From: a virus
Taxonomy: Duplodnaviria; Caudoviricetes
Strand: one strand, 5' to 3'
DNA: 57,506 bases
Virus record (IMG/VR): IMGVR_UViG_3300032322_001172
Span: 1-57,506 of that record
Shown: one piece after another, positions 9,755 through 22,700 of the stretch
How positions within the stretch are numbered: the first letter of the stretch is position 1
Layout of the letters: each line of letters starts with the position of its first letter
The notes under the pieces: model-generated
What the model was told of the DNA's origin: nothing
Databases searched by the model: none
Seen by the model: only the letters and a program-made list of their open reading frames with translations
Position numbers and translations under genes: made by a program

Positions 9755-11881
9755 TTATAAACGCCCTACTACAACCTCTATAATGCCTTCGGAACCTTCG
9801 AAATCTTGCAGAGCTTTACCGATAACTGTGCCTAATTTAGGATCTAAAGTAGGTCTAGCGTATCCATCGCCGCCACTAACTAGCATATCTCCTTTGCGAA
9901 TTTTTCCACGGACTTTACAAGGTACTCTGCCCTGTAGAGCTATTGCTACAACATGTTTTCCTTGTAGTGTGCTATTCATTAAATATGCAGGAAGAGTAGA
10001 AACTATACCTGCTACTCTGCGAGTTTCGTCTTCTGCTAAAGTTACTTCAAATTCACCGCCGAACTCTAAAACTGTTCCAGGAAGATATTCATTATCTGCT
10101 TGATAATTTTCAGCTAAGTCTGCATATCTAGCAGACGTTGCAGTTCCTTCAAAAAGTCCAGTAGTAAAAATACTGCTCGAACCCATGTCCAATGGCTTAT
10201 TCATAGTCCACTTATCGCCGGATACAGAATATAATAAAGATGCATTCGCAGCATCGACTAAAATACCTGCACCATCGGCTGCGGCTGCGCTTACACTTCC
10301 GCTGGCAATAGTTAAAGTTTTATCTTTTACTATTGTTTCTGTAGTATTGATAGCTAACACACTACCTTGTACTGTTAGATCTCCAGTGACTACTAGACTA
10401 CCATTAAGGGTAGTTGTTGTTCCTGACATCGGAGTTATTGAATCCGAATATACCGAACTGGAGTAAGTTTCATTTGTATAGAATTTATTCCATCTTCTGG
10501 AAAACATTCCTAAATTTACTTCGCCTGCACCTTCTTTAGTTAAAGTCGGAATCGATTCTCCTCCTAGATCAGAAGCTATAGTAGAAGGCAAAAATCTAAT
10601 TCTAGGATTAGGATTAATATAGGATGTATCTGTAAGTTCAATATCAATTGATCTTCCAGTTATTTGTGATTTAAAATAAGGATTAGAAGATCTAAATCCT
10701 ATTTTAATGTCATCGCCATCGCCGATAACAACGCCGGCACTGGCTACTGAAAGATCTAATAGTTTTCCTACTTGAACTAGCGAAGAAGATAAAACATTAT
10801 TTGCTAAAAAATTTCCAGTTAACGTAGTTGCACTAGCACCAACAGTAATATTTCGTGTACCGTCAAAATCTACACCATTAATCTGTCTTGCTGTTTCTAA
10901 TTTTGTAGCAGATCCTGCATTACCAGTTAGACTGGCGCCAATAAATTTTGCAGCTCGTACTTCATTGAAAGTACTAAATCCGGTAGTAATCTGCACATTA
11001 CCAACAACATTACCTACTAAGTTAGCAGTTATTTGGTTAGCTCTAAAATTACCTATAGTGTCTCTAGCTACAATCGATCCGTTGACGACATCTGAAGATG
11101 CATTGATCGACCATGTAGTATTGCCGGCACCATTAAAATTGTCTCCTAGTATATAATCACCGCGAATTAAAGAGCCGGGAGTAGTCGCAGTAATAGTAAT
11201 ATTGCTGCTACCGTCAAATCCAACACCATTTATAGTTCTTTTTGTTTCTAATTTTGTTGCTGTTTCTGCATTGCCTTTAAGCGGACCGTGAAAAAATACC
11301 TGACTATTAAGGGTAACTCCGTTGTAAATCTTAGTGAAACCTGAAATGATATTTTCTGTGGCCGGTGTGAATTCTCGTCCAGATATAATAGCAATGGGTG
11401 TTCCGTCAATTGTCAATTGTACTATTGGATTATCAACAGATTCTGTGTCTTTTATAACTACAGTTTTAGCTTTAGTTTCTCCGAATCCAGGAGCTACTTC
11501 CGGAGCTATGGCTTTCCACTCTTGACCATTATATAAATTCAATACTCCCAAGTCGGTTCTATACCAAAGCGAACCCGGAGCCGGAGTTTCAGGGGCTGTT
11601 GCCGAAACTGCTGAAGCACCTACTAATACCCATTTCTTTTCGGAATCGTATACATATACTAAATTCAATTCAGAATTGAACCATAGCTGTCCTGATACGG
11701 GTCCTCGAGGTGGTTTATTGTTGGCAAAGTTTTCTAGAAGATAAACGAAATTTTCATTTTGAATTTCGCCGTAGCCAACATAGTTTCTTCCTACTAAGGA
11801 TAAACTAGTAGTAGTATCTAAAGTCCCATCTTCTAATACTACTAACTCTTGACCATTGTATCTGTTTATAATGTATGGCAT
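9755..11881 (-). CDS. Tail fibre protein with repeated 'ATKLET.R.INGV.FDG..NIT' segments and peptidase G2-like C-terminus
   Basis: Same N-terminal family motif; two fibre repeats; 'ARYADLAENY...ALQGRVPCKVRG'; AGGAG RBS. Confidence 0.8.
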   Translation of the reverse strand: MPYIINRYNGQELVVLEDGTLDTTTSLSLVGRNYVGYGEIQNENFVYLLENFANNKPPRGPVSGQLWFNSELNLVYVYDSEKKWVLVGASAVSATAPETPAPGSLWYRTDLGVLNLYNGQEWKAIAPEVAPGFGETKAKTVVIKDTESVDNPIVQLTIDGTPIAIISGREFTPATENIISGFTKIYNGVTLNSQVFFHGPLKGNAETATKLETKRTINGVGFDGSSNITITATTPGSLIRGDYILGDNFNGAGNTTWSINASSDVVNGSIVARDTIGNFRANQITANLVGNVVGNVQITTGFSTFNEVRAAKFIGASLTGNAGSATKLETARQINGVDFDGTRNITVGASATTLTGNFLANNVLSSSLVQVGKLLDLSVASAGVVIGDGDDIKIGFRSSNPYFKSQITGRSIDIELTDTSYINPNPRIRFLPSTIASDLGGESIPTLTKEGAGEVNLGMFSRRWNKFYTNETYSSSVYSDSITPMSGTTTTLNGSLVVTGDLTVQGSVLAINTTETIVKDKTLTIASGSVSAAAADGAGILVDAANASLLYSVSGDKWTMNKPLDMGSSSIFTTGLFEGTATSARYADLAENYQADNEYLPGTVLEFGGEFEVTLAEDETRRVAGIVSTLPAYLMNSTLQGKHVVAIALQGRVPCKVRGKIRKGDMLVSGGDGYARPTLDPKLGTVIGKALQDFEGSEGIIEVVVGRL

Positions 11882-11902
11882 TTTTTGCTCCTACCTATCC
11901 AA

Positions 11903-13864
11903 TTATGGTGGTAATAATGTATCTGAAATATGTGACCAAGCTCCTCCAGAAATTTGAAATCTTTTAATAACTCTAGTAAGACTAATACTTGGTGCTGAAA
12001 CTGTTGCTACGCCGATAGACGAATTAATTACAGCTGGGCCTGTTCCTGTTGGGGTATTAAATGTTCCGAATGTGAGTCCAGCGGATAATAACGGATTTAA
12101 ATCAAGACTAGTTGTAGAATTACTTGCAATAGTACATAAAATTGTAGCCCTGGTTCCGTTTCTATATCTTGGTGTTCTATTTCTAGCTGTTGCTGTATTG
12201 GGGTCTTCTGCCAATCCTTGATCTAGATAAAGAGGCGCGGTTCCGCCTGGACCATTTAAAATATTTTGAATAATGTAGTTGTTAGGCTTACCATCAGAAA
12301 GATCCATACTAAAAACTATCTCTCGAGTTTCTATGGTATCATCAACATATTCTTTAGTAGCTGCATCTTGTGCGCTGGTAGGATCAGCTAATCCTGTTAT
12401 TTTAGGACTACCGATTAATGCAATATTTCCTGTTCCGTTTGGTGCTAATTCTATGTTGCCGTTAAAATTTAATGATGATAATCTGTTACCATCTAAAAAT
12501 AAATTGTCTACTGTAAATTCATTCTGAATACCAAACACACTAAGACCGTTAGCTTGTGTTACAGCATTTGTTAATCTAAATGTACTGCCAATTTGTTCGA
12601 GCAGAGGTATTCCGTCAATAGCATAGTATTTTCCGTTAGATAGATTAATACTTTCAGTACTGTTCCACGAACCACTCATTAATGCCGGTAATGCATCATT
12701 ATATCCTTCAGCGATAGCTTCGGGAGAATTAGATGTGGCTGCTTGACCGAGACTTGACCAAACAAATGCATGTGATGTTGCACCTTGTAAAATTATTCCG
12801 CCTGTATCTGCATTTACATCTGTAGGAGTAACACCAGTTTGTTTAGCTAGAATAATATTTTTATCTTCCACTATTAAAGTTGAAGCATTTATTGTCACTG
12901 CATTACCCTGAACGGTTAGGTCTCCAGCAATCGTAACCGATCCACCGATTCTAACCTGACTCGAAGAAAATAACGGACTGTCATATATTCCTACTGTTCT
13001 AGATGATGCATCAATTAATAAAGCATTTTCTAAGTTAATACCTCTACGAGCAGCTAAACTTAATGTCTTAGAATCAGCATTATTAGAAATAGTAACATTA
13101 CTGTTCGATATACGGATGTTACATTGGTCACTCGAGCCTATGTCAACACCGAGGTCTGTTTTAACTTTAAAAGTTCCAGAAACTTCGTTGGCTGTATCTT
13201 TTCTAAGATATGTAGTTGCCGGTGTATTTCCTAAGTTCTCAGAATTAGTAGCTGTAACATTAAATTTATAAGTTGATAACGGTGTATCGCTTGCAGCATT
13301 AAATCCGGGATTAATAACTCCCGAATAACCAACAATTGGAATTTTAGGAGTAAAGCTATCTTTTGAGAAAATTCCTAATAAAACTCCACTATTGTATAAT
13401 AATGTTATAACTCGTGTTTGGTTCAATGTATCGAGCAAAGTCTTTACCTGAAATCCGCTCAGTCCCTGACTAGTGGAATAGGAAGGTCCTAATAAAATTG
13501 ACTGAGTGCCATCATAAAAATATAACTGCTTGTCAGTATTGTTGAACCATAGATCGCCAGTACCTAATGTAGTTGGCTGTGTGCCTGATATTGTTGCCGA
13601 ACTTACAGGAAGAAATTCAGTACCACTATAAACTTTTAATTTCAATTCAGTTGTATCAAACCATAACTGTCCTCTAATAGGTCTAGTCGGTTTAACAGTG
13701 CTGGCAAAATTTTCTAGTAGCTTGATAAAATTTTCATTAAGAGATTCACCGAATCCGCTGTAATTTCTACCTATCAAAGTTAAATCGGTACTGAGTGTAT
13801 CAATTTGTCCGTCTGGGACTGTTGATACTATGGTTCCGTCTGTTTTATTAATTTGATATGTCAT
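11903..13864 (-). CDS. Tail fibre/baseplate protein (same N-terminal family)
   Basis: 'GRNYSGFGESLNENFIKLLENFA...GQLWFD'; fibre motifs 'GDLTVQG...VEDKNIIL' and 'ITGLADPTSAQDAATKEYVD'. Confidence 0.75.
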   Translation of the reverse strand: MTYQINKTDGTIVSTVPDGQIDTLSTDLTLIGRNYSGFGESLNENFIKLLENFASTVKPTRPIRGQLWFDTTELKLKVYSGTEFLPVSSATISGTQPTTLGTGDLWFNNTDKQLYFYDGTQSILLGPSYSTSQGLSGFQVKTLLDTLNQTRVITLLYNSGVLLGIFSKDSFTPKIPIVGYSGVINPGFNAASDTPLSTYKFNVTATNSENLGNTPATTYLRKDTANEVSGTFKVKTDLGVDIGSSDQCNIRISNSNVTISNNADSKTLSLAARRGINLENALLIDASSRTVGIYDSPLFSSSQVRIGGSVTIAGDLTVQGNAVTINASTLIVEDKNIILAKQTGVTPTDVNADTGGIILQGATSHAFVWSSLGQAATSNSPEAIAEGYNDALPALMSGSWNSTESINLSNGKYYAIDGIPLLEQIGSTFRLTNAVTQANGLSVFGIQNEFTVDNLFLDGNRLSSLNFNGNIELAPNGTGNIALIGSPKITGLADPTSAQDAATKEYVDDTIETREIVFSMDLSDGKPNNYIIQNILNGPGGTAPLYLDQGLAEDPNTATARNRTPRYRNGTRATILCTIASNSTTSLDLNPLLSAGLTFGTFNTPTGTGPAVINSSIGVATVSAPSISLTRVIKRFQISGGAWSHISDTLLPP

Positions 13865-13880
13865 CTTTCGCTACCTAAAA

Positions 13881-16028
13881 TTATGATAAACTTGTTGTTG
13901 TGAAAGCAGGCGGACCGGATCTTATGATATAGTTAAAAGTCACATAAGGATTCATCAATGAAAAAGGTTGACTGAGCAGTGTGCTTTCGTTTGGTTTTTT
14001 CACTGGGCCTGCTTCTGAAAAATACTGTGCTGTACCAGGTGCGGTGGGTCCTGCTCCAGGAACCGCTGGTAAATTAACTGCTGTATCTAATCTCACTGCA
14101 GAATACTGTCTACCAGCATTGCTTAAAGTATGGGTGTGCTCTGGAATGTTTACTAATTGTAATCCATATGTAGACTGCCCTGCAGTTCCTCCGATAGTAA
14201 TCGCCTCGTTACCTTGTACTCGTCTAGGATTGGTTTCACCGCCGCCAGCTGAAGGATTACCGCCTGTTACATTTGGTACTGTAAGTCCGTTGAACATATT
14301 GTCAGCACCCAGCGGGAATCGTCCTCTTAAATCTGGTAATCTAAATGTATTGAATCCAGCATAAGGAGCAGTTCCTTTAAATTTTTCACCTACTACATCA
14401 AATAATAATGGGTATTGAACAATCTGTAATTCAGATCCGTCGCATAACAAAAATCCGTATGGAGCAGTAGATCCGGCGTAAGGAATTATTGATCCGATAG
14501 GTAATCCAAGATCGCCTATAAACCTATCCCTAGACATTTTTAACAATCCAGAAGATCCAGATGTTTCTGCCGATTGTCTATAAACTAAAACAAAGTCGTC
14601 CGACACAGACCTATTCGGAGTGGGTTCATTTCTATTTTTAATTAGGTTTGAAGTAAGCTGAGTATTAAATTGCTTATTGACTGTGCCTATTTGACCGTCG
14701 AACTGTATAGATTGTGAAATAACATCGCCAACTAACTGGAATGTGGTAACTGACTTTAAACTTGTTGCGGTATTTGCATTTCCGTTAATATTGCCGGCTA
14801 GTGTACCTACTAATTCGTCTGCAAATATCTTTTTAGTATAAATGTTTCTCCATCGTGTTGTAGAATCACCAAGATCATGGATATTAGCTTGTCGTGGTCT
14901 AATATCAGCCATCTGAGAAGTTCCAACAACACTAAATTGTGTTCCTACAGATAGATTCTTATCAACCCATAATCCTCCCGCTGTTCTAATACTACCAGTA
15001 TTAATATTTGTTGCTTCGTTAGTATTGGTAACAATTAACGAACCAGTAGCAGCAACAGATCCATCTACATCTAAAGCATATTCAGGAGATGCTCGATTAA
15101 TACCGATTTTATTGTCTAAAATTCTTAGTACAGTAGTAGCTACTCCATTTCTATTAACTTGAAGATCTAAACTCGAACCCGAAGATTTATTATAGATTTT
15201 TGCAGAGGTACTTGTATTAGAAATTTCAAAACTGTCATCTGCTCCGATAGTCAGTCCGGCATTATTTCTTATGTTCATTCCGTATTCTAGAATGTTCACA
15301 ATATCAGTTCTTAAAAACTTACTAGCATTGATCTCCGAACCCGAAATGGTTAACGAATCTGCTGATGATGCGGTTCCGAATAATTTAGGTTTCGCCGAAC
15401 CGCCAAATTGTGCCAACTCTTCTGCCGATCCTGGGGAATTAAGATTAATACCGGGCCGAATCGTTCTAAAACCAGGTATTGTAATTTTTGGTACAAAGGT
15501 GTCCTTACTAAAAACTGCAACAGGAATATCTGCAATATAAAAAATTAAAATACTTCTATTAACGTTATTTGTATCTGCTATGGTCTCTGTAACCGTTCCG
15601 TATCTTAATCCATCAATCGAACTTTCTGTAGGTCCTACTAACAGCCATCTTGTTCCTGTATAGATTCTCAACTGCTGATTAGTTGTATCTACCCAAAGCT
15701 CGCCGGTCGATGGATCTCTTAAACTTTCTTCAGATGGGCCTCTTTGAATTCCGCTAGCAGGTTTCCAACCGTTAGGTCCAGTTCCGTCATTGATTTGTAA
15801 ATTTTTAGTAGCAGAATCATACCATAATTGACCTTCTACTGCATTTAAAGGTTTATCAGCTCCGGCAAAATTTTCTAACAAGTGTATGAAATTCTCTGCT
15901 ATGATTCTTCCATAACCGGTTACATTTCTACCAGGAAGTACTAAACTAGTATCTGTACTAGAGGTATTGTCAAAAACCGTAATCGGGCTTTTGTTATTTT
16001 TATCTGTAAAATTAACTGTATATGGCAT
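13881..16028 (-). CDS. Short tail fibre-like protein with phage tail-collar domain
   Basis: Family N-terminus; collar motif 'PIGSIIPYAGSTAPYGFLLCDG...FRLPDLRGRFPLG' near 14305-14505; 'PEHTH' and 'NPYVTFNYIIR' as in gp12-like fibres. Confidence 0.8.
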   Translation of the reverse strand: MPYTVNFTDKNNKSPITVFDNTSSTDTSLVLPGRNVTGYGRIIAENFIHLLENFAGADKPLNAVEGQLWYDSATKNLQINDGTGPNGWKPASGIQRGPSEESLRDPSTGELWVDTTNQQLRIYTGTRWLLVGPTESSIDGLRYGTVTETIADTNNVNRSILIFYIADIPVAVFSKDTFVPKITIPGFRTIRPGINLNSPGSAEELAQFGGSAKPKLFGTASSADSLTISGSEINASKFLRTDIVNILEYGMNIRNNAGLTIGADDSFEISNTSTSAKIYNKSSGSSLDLQVNRNGVATTVLRILDNKIGINRASPEYALDVDGSVAATGSLIVTNTNEATNINTGSIRTAGGLWVDKNLSVGTQFSVVGTSQMADIRPRQANIHDLGDSTTRWRNIYTKKIFADELVGTLAGNINGNANTATSLKSVTTFQLVGDVISQSIQFDGQIGTVNKQFNTQLTSNLIKNRNEPTPNRSVSDDFVLVYRQSAETSGSSGLLKMSRDRFIGDLGLPIGSIIPYAGSTAPYGFLLCDGSELQIVQYPLLFDVVGEKFKGTAPYAGFNTFRLPDLRGRFPLGADNMFNGLTVPNVTGGNPSAGGGETNPRRVQGNEAITIGGTAGQSTYGLQLVNIPEHTHTLSNAGRQYSAVRLDTAVNLPAVPGAGPTAPGTAQYFSEAGPVKKPNESTLLSQPFSLMNPYVTFNYIIRSGPPAFTTTSLS

Positions 16029-16031
16029 CTA

Positions 16032-16697
16032 TTATACCTCTGTAAATCCAGTTAAGCTCTGTATACGAATTGTATAATCTATCTGTAATAATCTATTCAA
16101 TGATTTTTGTACAGGATGGAACACAACATGAGTTAACAGTTTGCCTTCACCGTTGGGGTTATAACTCTTTAGTCCTAATTCATCAAAAATAAAATTACTG
16201 TCTAAGTCTTGACTATTGTCAAATGCTTCTTGATCAGCAATTTCACCGTAGTCTAAAGTACAGGAAATAAGAATATCACTATAGGTAGCTCCGCTGATAT
16301 GTCTTACTTCCATTTTATTTCTAGTAGGATCTAAGTTTTCAGCGGCATTTTGATCAACAACCTTAGCGTAAGTTTGATTATACAAACTGCTATTAATTCC
16401 TATAGTATTAGGAGTTAGATATGTAATTAACCCGGTAGGATCAACTATTGTTCCGCCGGTACCAAAAACCATTTGATAAATTGTTCCTACCCCCTGGCTC
16501 GATAAAGAATTAGCCATAGCCACTGACATATTCTCGTAATGAATAGCGTTTCTTTTATCGATGAAAACTTCTCCGTTTTCGGGATCAAATATTTTAATAT
16601 GCCCTTCAAAGTGGAAACCTCCGGTTTCGTTGGGCTTTGAATCCTCCGGAATTGACTGTTTTATAGGTTCATTCATATCGTTCTCTTTGTTTTCCAT
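16032..16697 (-). CDS. Baseplate/tail-fibre attachment structural protein
   Basis: 221 aa, 'EGHIKIFD...N.I...FDELGL...LLTHVVFHPVQKS...IDYTIRI'; lies between the wedge and fibre genes. Confidence 0.6.
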   Translation of the reverse strand: MENKENDMNEPIKQSIPEDSKPNETGGFHFEGHIKIFDPENGEVFIDKRNAIHYENMSVAMANSLSSQGVGTIYQMVFGTGGTIVDPTGLITYLTPNTIGINSSLYNQTYAKVVDQNAAENLDPTRNKMEVRHISGATYSDILISCTLDYGEIADQEAFDNSQDLDSNFIFDELGLKSYNPNGEGKLLTHVVFHPVQKSLNRLLQIDYTIRIQSLTGFTEV

Positions 16698-16701
16698 AGT
16701 G

Positions 16702-16707
16702 TATTTA
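16702..16707 (-). promoter_or_regulatory. Putative late promoter TAAATA overlapping the upstream stop codon
   Basis: Minus strand reads TAAATA-CACT-ATG(16697). Confidence 0.5.
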
Positions 16708-19700
16708 TTCTGGCAGTTTCGTGGACTTTTGAGCTATGAATTTAGCCACAGGGGTATTATTGTCCAGTAACGAAGCTCCGGATTGTATTGTTGTAGTACC
16801 CCTATCTTTCCAAATTTTTCCTAATTTTCTTATTACTGAAATTCGTGTACCAGCTGGAACTGGTTTAGTTAATCTTATGGTTGGAGATTCTCCATCGACT
16901 GTGAACTCAGCTTCTACTACTTTATCTCCATCAACGCTGCTTGACGAAATTTCTTCTTCGTACATAGATGCTGGATTCTTCCTTAGTCTTCTTCCTGCTA
17001 CAAAAACTTCTATCATGTCGCAAGGACCGTAGTTTTCTGGAATAGTAATTGGTTCCCACAATGATGTTGCCGTGTCGTTTGGCAATACTCCTTGACTGGG
17101 TTTAACATTTACATAATAAGAAGAATTATAAGAAACTAAATCTTTAGTTGAATAGGAAGTATTAATATCAAAAACTCCGCGATCTCTATATAATCCCGAG
17201 GCATACCATCTAGATTTGTCAGCTAATTGAGGTACAAAATCTAAAGATCCAACTATTAATGTACTTCCATCACTAACAAAATCGTTTCTAGATTGTTCTT
17301 CGTTATAAGGAAGAGTGTCGTTAGGTCCTACATCAACAACTTTAGACCCAGAAGCGTGTAATACACCTATCGGTGTTCCATAGCTACCTCTTCTTAACTG
17401 TTTTAAAATATTGCCATTTTTTTGTAGATATTCAATTCTTTCTCCGTTTATATAAACTACACCCGGAATATTTTTTGTCAATATAGGTTCTGCTAGTTCA
17501 CTAGCATCGTTGACTTCCATTTCATTATCGAAATAGTTTAAATCTTTAACTAATTCTACTTCATTTACAGACCATCTCTTGAACTGATAAATGTTCAACA
17601 TGTCTTTGTAAATTTCAAATCCTGAAGGCAATCTAAAAATACTAGATCCAAAGACTATAATTTTAATAATATCTTGTTGAGTTGAATGAACTACAAAATT
17701 CACCGTAGATCTAGGTAGAGAAACTGTGTAATCTACATCTTGTGTTAGTCTCGTTCCGTTTTTATAAACCCAAACATAGGTCGCCGATACTGGGGATATA
17801 GGTAACTTGTAAACAACTTTTCCTCCTATAAACTCGTCAGCAATAATTTTCATCGACGGATATTCGTCGAACCAAGTAATATCTAGAATATCATTTTCAT
17901 CTAATGATACTGTCGATCTTACAACAAGATTATTATTAATAATATCGTATTCACTTTCAAGATCATTTTCTATTTTAACAATATCGCCTGTGTTTAATTT
18001 TTCTTGATTTATAATAATCTTTTTAGTAACACCATCATAGACATAATCTGTAATAAATTCTGCAAGACTATCATTAAAAAATACTTTTAAATTATTAGCT
18101 AATATTGAACCCGGAGGCTGTGAAGGATCTGTACCGATTGACAATTCATATACTGTTTCGAAGCCGATGAAAGTACTAACTATTGTAAGATATTTGTCTT
18201 CTATAACATAATAATTAGTATCAACACCTCTTAAATATCTACCGTTTAATTCGACGATAAAGGAAGAATTTGCAGATGCTCTGTTTAGATTTTGAAAATT
18301 TTCTATCTCAATACTTCTAGTGCTTCCATCATATAATGATACTTGATTGTTTAATCTTACCAATGTTAATTTAGTAATGTCAGTATTAGGATTGGCACCT
18401 AAAACTAAAATTTTCACTCGGGCTAATCGAGGAGGACTCTGTCCAAATTCTACTAAGGTCTTGCCCGCAGGCAATCCTTGAACCTCGGAACTATTTAAGA
18501 ATCCAGAATCTGTAGCTATACCATTTACAGTAGTTACCACTGCGGTAGTAGAACTATAATTTGCCGCTGTAAGGAAACGATTTTCGTTTCCGTCAACAAC
18601 TTGTTCTTGATAATCTAATATTGAAACTCCGCCTATACCAATGCTTATTATTTCAATAATCGAGTATAAAGGTGGCGGATTAAAGAATTCTATTTGATTT
18701 GTTCTAAAGTTTATGGAATACAATAAAGTGCTATCTGTATTTTCTGTGTCGCACAAAACTTTGTTTACATAAACTCGAAGACTCTTTGATTCAAATATTG
18801 TTGCCTTAATATCAAAAATTTGTGTAACACCGTCACCGTAGAGTATTCTAGTTTGTACTGGCGCTACGCTAGATATCGAACTCTGAAAAACTCTTATACT
18901 TAAACTATCCAATACTTGTCCTGGAACATTTTCTTCTGGGGCAGGTACTTGGTCAGGGCTAACAAATTTTTCACCGTCAATTAAAATTTCTTCGGCTGCT
19001 ATTCCTCTAGCTGTGGTATAAATTCCATTTATTGTATTATTTGCAACCTGCTGACCTGTTGTAGTGCTTTCTAAAGATCCGCCGGATAATTTAGTATCTA
19101 ATAGATTAGTATCTGTAATAGTTACTGAACCGTCGCTCTCAACAGGCCTAAAAATTAAAATATCTCCGGCAAAAGTTTGAATGTATCTACCAATTTCTAA
19201 AGTATTGGTAATGCCGTCACCTATAAAAGTTGGCATTTCGGCGTTAGGATTTGCGGATGTTGACGAATCATCTAATTGATTATAGAAAGGATCGTCTATT
19301 CTAATCGCGGGAGGCTCTGCTATTTCTCCGCTGTAAGTTACTCGACCTGTTATTTCGTTTGTGTCGTATGATCCTGGTTTATAATTGCCTAATCTCTTAA
19401 TATAGATATTAATTTCTTGTCCGTCGGCCGGAGTATAAGGTAGTGTAACATCTAAAGTATCTCCGTCGCAGACATGATAATAATCAGCCGATGCTTCTAC
19501 GCTGTCCCAGTTATCAGTAAACCACGGTAACGCATCCCATCCACCGGTTACATCGAAAGTAGTTCCTTGTATCTGAACTCCGCCAAAGTCGATTCCTGTC
19601 ATTAGCTGACTTGGTTCTTTGTTTGCCATTCCGGCAGCTGGCGCATAAAATTTGTTGATTCTCGAAACAGCATCAAATAGTTCCGAGTTCTTTTCATAAG

Positions 19701-22700
19701 AAACAACAATTCGATCGTCTTTATCCGGCACAGTGTTAAAAGAAATTTTTCCCTTTAATAAACTATAAGATTCTAATTCGGATATAAACAATGAAATGTT
19801 AAAATCACTCGACAACACTATCTGATCATTTTTATAAACTGTGATCTGACTCTTATCAAATGTAGGAGCGTAGTTTAGTTCGAAAACAGATGTAAATCCG
19901 GATGCTATAAAAGTTTGAGTGTAATTATAGTTTTTAACTGATCCGTCTTTGGTAATTCTATCAAATTTAATTTTCAAATTAAATGTTCTAGCTTTTCCGT
20001 CTCCGAGGATAACTGCGGCTTTGGCCTGTCTTTCTAATGTTCCTCCGATAATAGTAACATTAGGAGCTTGAGTAAAGCCCGATCCCCGAGTCAATACTTC
20101 AATTCCGGAAACAATGCCATTAGATATAAAAGCTCGAGCCGTTGCACCTACGCCGTCACCGTCAACTGAAACTTTAGGAATTGTGGTATATCCAGATCCT
20201 CCGTCATATACCTGGATGCTTACAACCGAGTATCCTTTGTTATCCGACCACCACTTCCACGGATAATCAGTGATAATCGAATTTCTAGGAGAAACATTGA
20301 TTATAGTATTAGTTACTGACGAATAAGTCGGGGGAAGATCGAAGTCTGTAGTTCCTGCATTTTGTACATCGGTTTTATTATACTTACTGAGATATTCTCT
20401 TACAGTAGTTCTATAAGGTTTAACCTCATCAATATATTCTTGATAGCTAGACAAATTATCATTCTTATAATTAAATTTTTCTTCTAATTCACCTACACTA
20501 TGAGATGCTTTTAAGAAGCTAGTCTTAAATGCCCAATCAACATAATCTTGTTCAGAAAACACCTGTCTTAGACAAGTAAAAAATAATCTGTTCCACTCTA
20601 TATCATATTCATTAATAAAAATATTTTCTTTTACTGCTCTAAAAATATTTCTTAATTCTTTAGAATTATCAATATCATAAAAAGCGGTATCAAAGGTTTG
20701 TGTGTTATCATATCCAACACCTTCAATTGACGGATCATATAATGATTCTAAGAATCTTATAGTTCCCTGTTGTCTTCCTACTAATTGATATCTATCAGTA
20801 AATTCAATTCCGGTATCTGATATTTTTTCAAATATTGCCCAGCCGCCGTTGCTATATTCTTTGATTCTTATTAAATCGCCTACAAGAACTTTAATGGACG
20901 GTTCTAGAGAAATATTAGATATTTCTCTAACTATTCGATCATTATCACTATACCCTGTTTTCCACCAGTCAGCATAGGTCCAATATCTACTGGTGTTAAA
21001 CGCCTGAGATCTTGTTCTGAAAAAAGACTTTCTAGTACTATCCCAAGAATAAATTGACCAGAAATTATTCAAAGTCTCGTCATTGACAACCAGCACTGAG
21101 AAATTTCTTACCTTAGCGTTAGCTGTAGAATATTTTTTACCTTTGAATATTACAATAACTTCAGTGATAATTCCTTGAGAATTAATTAAAGATATTGCCG
21201 ATGCACCTGTTCCGTTACCTTCAATTTCAACTGGAGGGCCTTTGAACAAACCTCTTTGCTGATCATAAATCTCTTTAGATTTATAACCGAATCCACCGTC
21301 AATCACATCTATGGATTCTATTTGTCCATTAATAATATTTGCTCTAAGAACTCCGGGCTTTAATCTAGTTACACCAACTGTAGATAAATCATTATAGGTA
21401 TCTACAATCTGATCATATTCTCTTAGCACTTCACTAGGAGCTTCGTCTTTAGAATTTAAAATAGCAAAATCGATTAAATCTGCAAAAGGCTGATCCTGTA
21501 ATATTAGATTAATTCTATCGATGGCTATTCTAAGTGCTAATAATCTATCTACAAACATGCCTTGTCTTGGTCTATACTCTATACCGTATTTCTGTTTAGG
21601 ATGTAGATAAGGATCAGGAATTCTATTACCTGCCTGGTCGTAACCAATCAAACTGTCTATCCATTTAACTTCTAATTTCTCAGGAGGAATACTAGATGCC
21701 ACATTTTCTGTCATTAAGAAATATTCGTTATGAGTTTCGTTGGCTTCTGTTCTATTTTTAAATTTCTGTATATTGAGATAAAACTTATCGCTAGAAATTA
21801 CAGAATTAAAATTATAGGCAGCTATCGAATTAGATGAAGTAAATGCAATAAAGGCATTTCCCGATCCCAACGGATTAGAAATATATGAAGTAATATTCGC
21901 TAATGATAGTTTTCTATTAGAAGTTTCAGGAAGAGTTACTTTTCCTTTTACCCAATAGAAATACTTGGTTCCAGTTGTCTCACCAGTTGTTGTATTAAAT
22001 AATTCTTTTATAGTATATACATCATCATTAGGATGTAATGGTTGTCCAGAAATTCCTGCCGCTAATCCCTCGTTAGTATCGGCTAATGCAGCCCATTCGC
22101 TAGGTAAAAATACTGTCTCGACCCATTCGCAGACAACAATTTCTGCTCCTTCTGCTAAGGTTCCCCAATTGCCTGATCTATAATCTAAATCTCCTTGCTC
22201 ATAGTATAACCACTTAGCTTTTGATGTATCCCACCAGACTTCTCCTACATGTTTTTCTGCCCACGATAATGAAGGATCTATAATTTTTTCTTCTGTTCCT
22301 ACATTATAAATCGCAGGATCGTATGGTGTCTTGTATTGTATTTCTTGTTCGGCCGCGGCAAGAATTTTTAGTTTGGCCGGATCAATGAAATCAATATCTT
22401 GTATCTTTACATCCTTCTCTGCATCGTATAAAGAGATGCTTTGAATCTTAGAAATTTCTACTACAGGAGATCTTGTTGTTAGTACTTCCCAAGAACTAAC
22501 ACCTTCTTTCTTAGTAAATAGGCGAGCAGTACCTGTTATCGGTCCGTCGTAGGCTAATATAGCTAAATGAGGTGCTGGTTGAATATAGCCTGGTGATCCG
22601 ACCAGAATAGCATTAGATCCGCAATCTACACTGTTACCAAAAGATTCATTCGGTGATAACTGAGTATCTATTTTTTCTGTTAAGAAATATTTTGTATCTT

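Noticed and set aside
1590-16028. Diversity-generating retroelement or invertible fibre cassette
   Set aside because: No reverse transcriptase, invertase or adenine-specific repeat pair was seen in the window.
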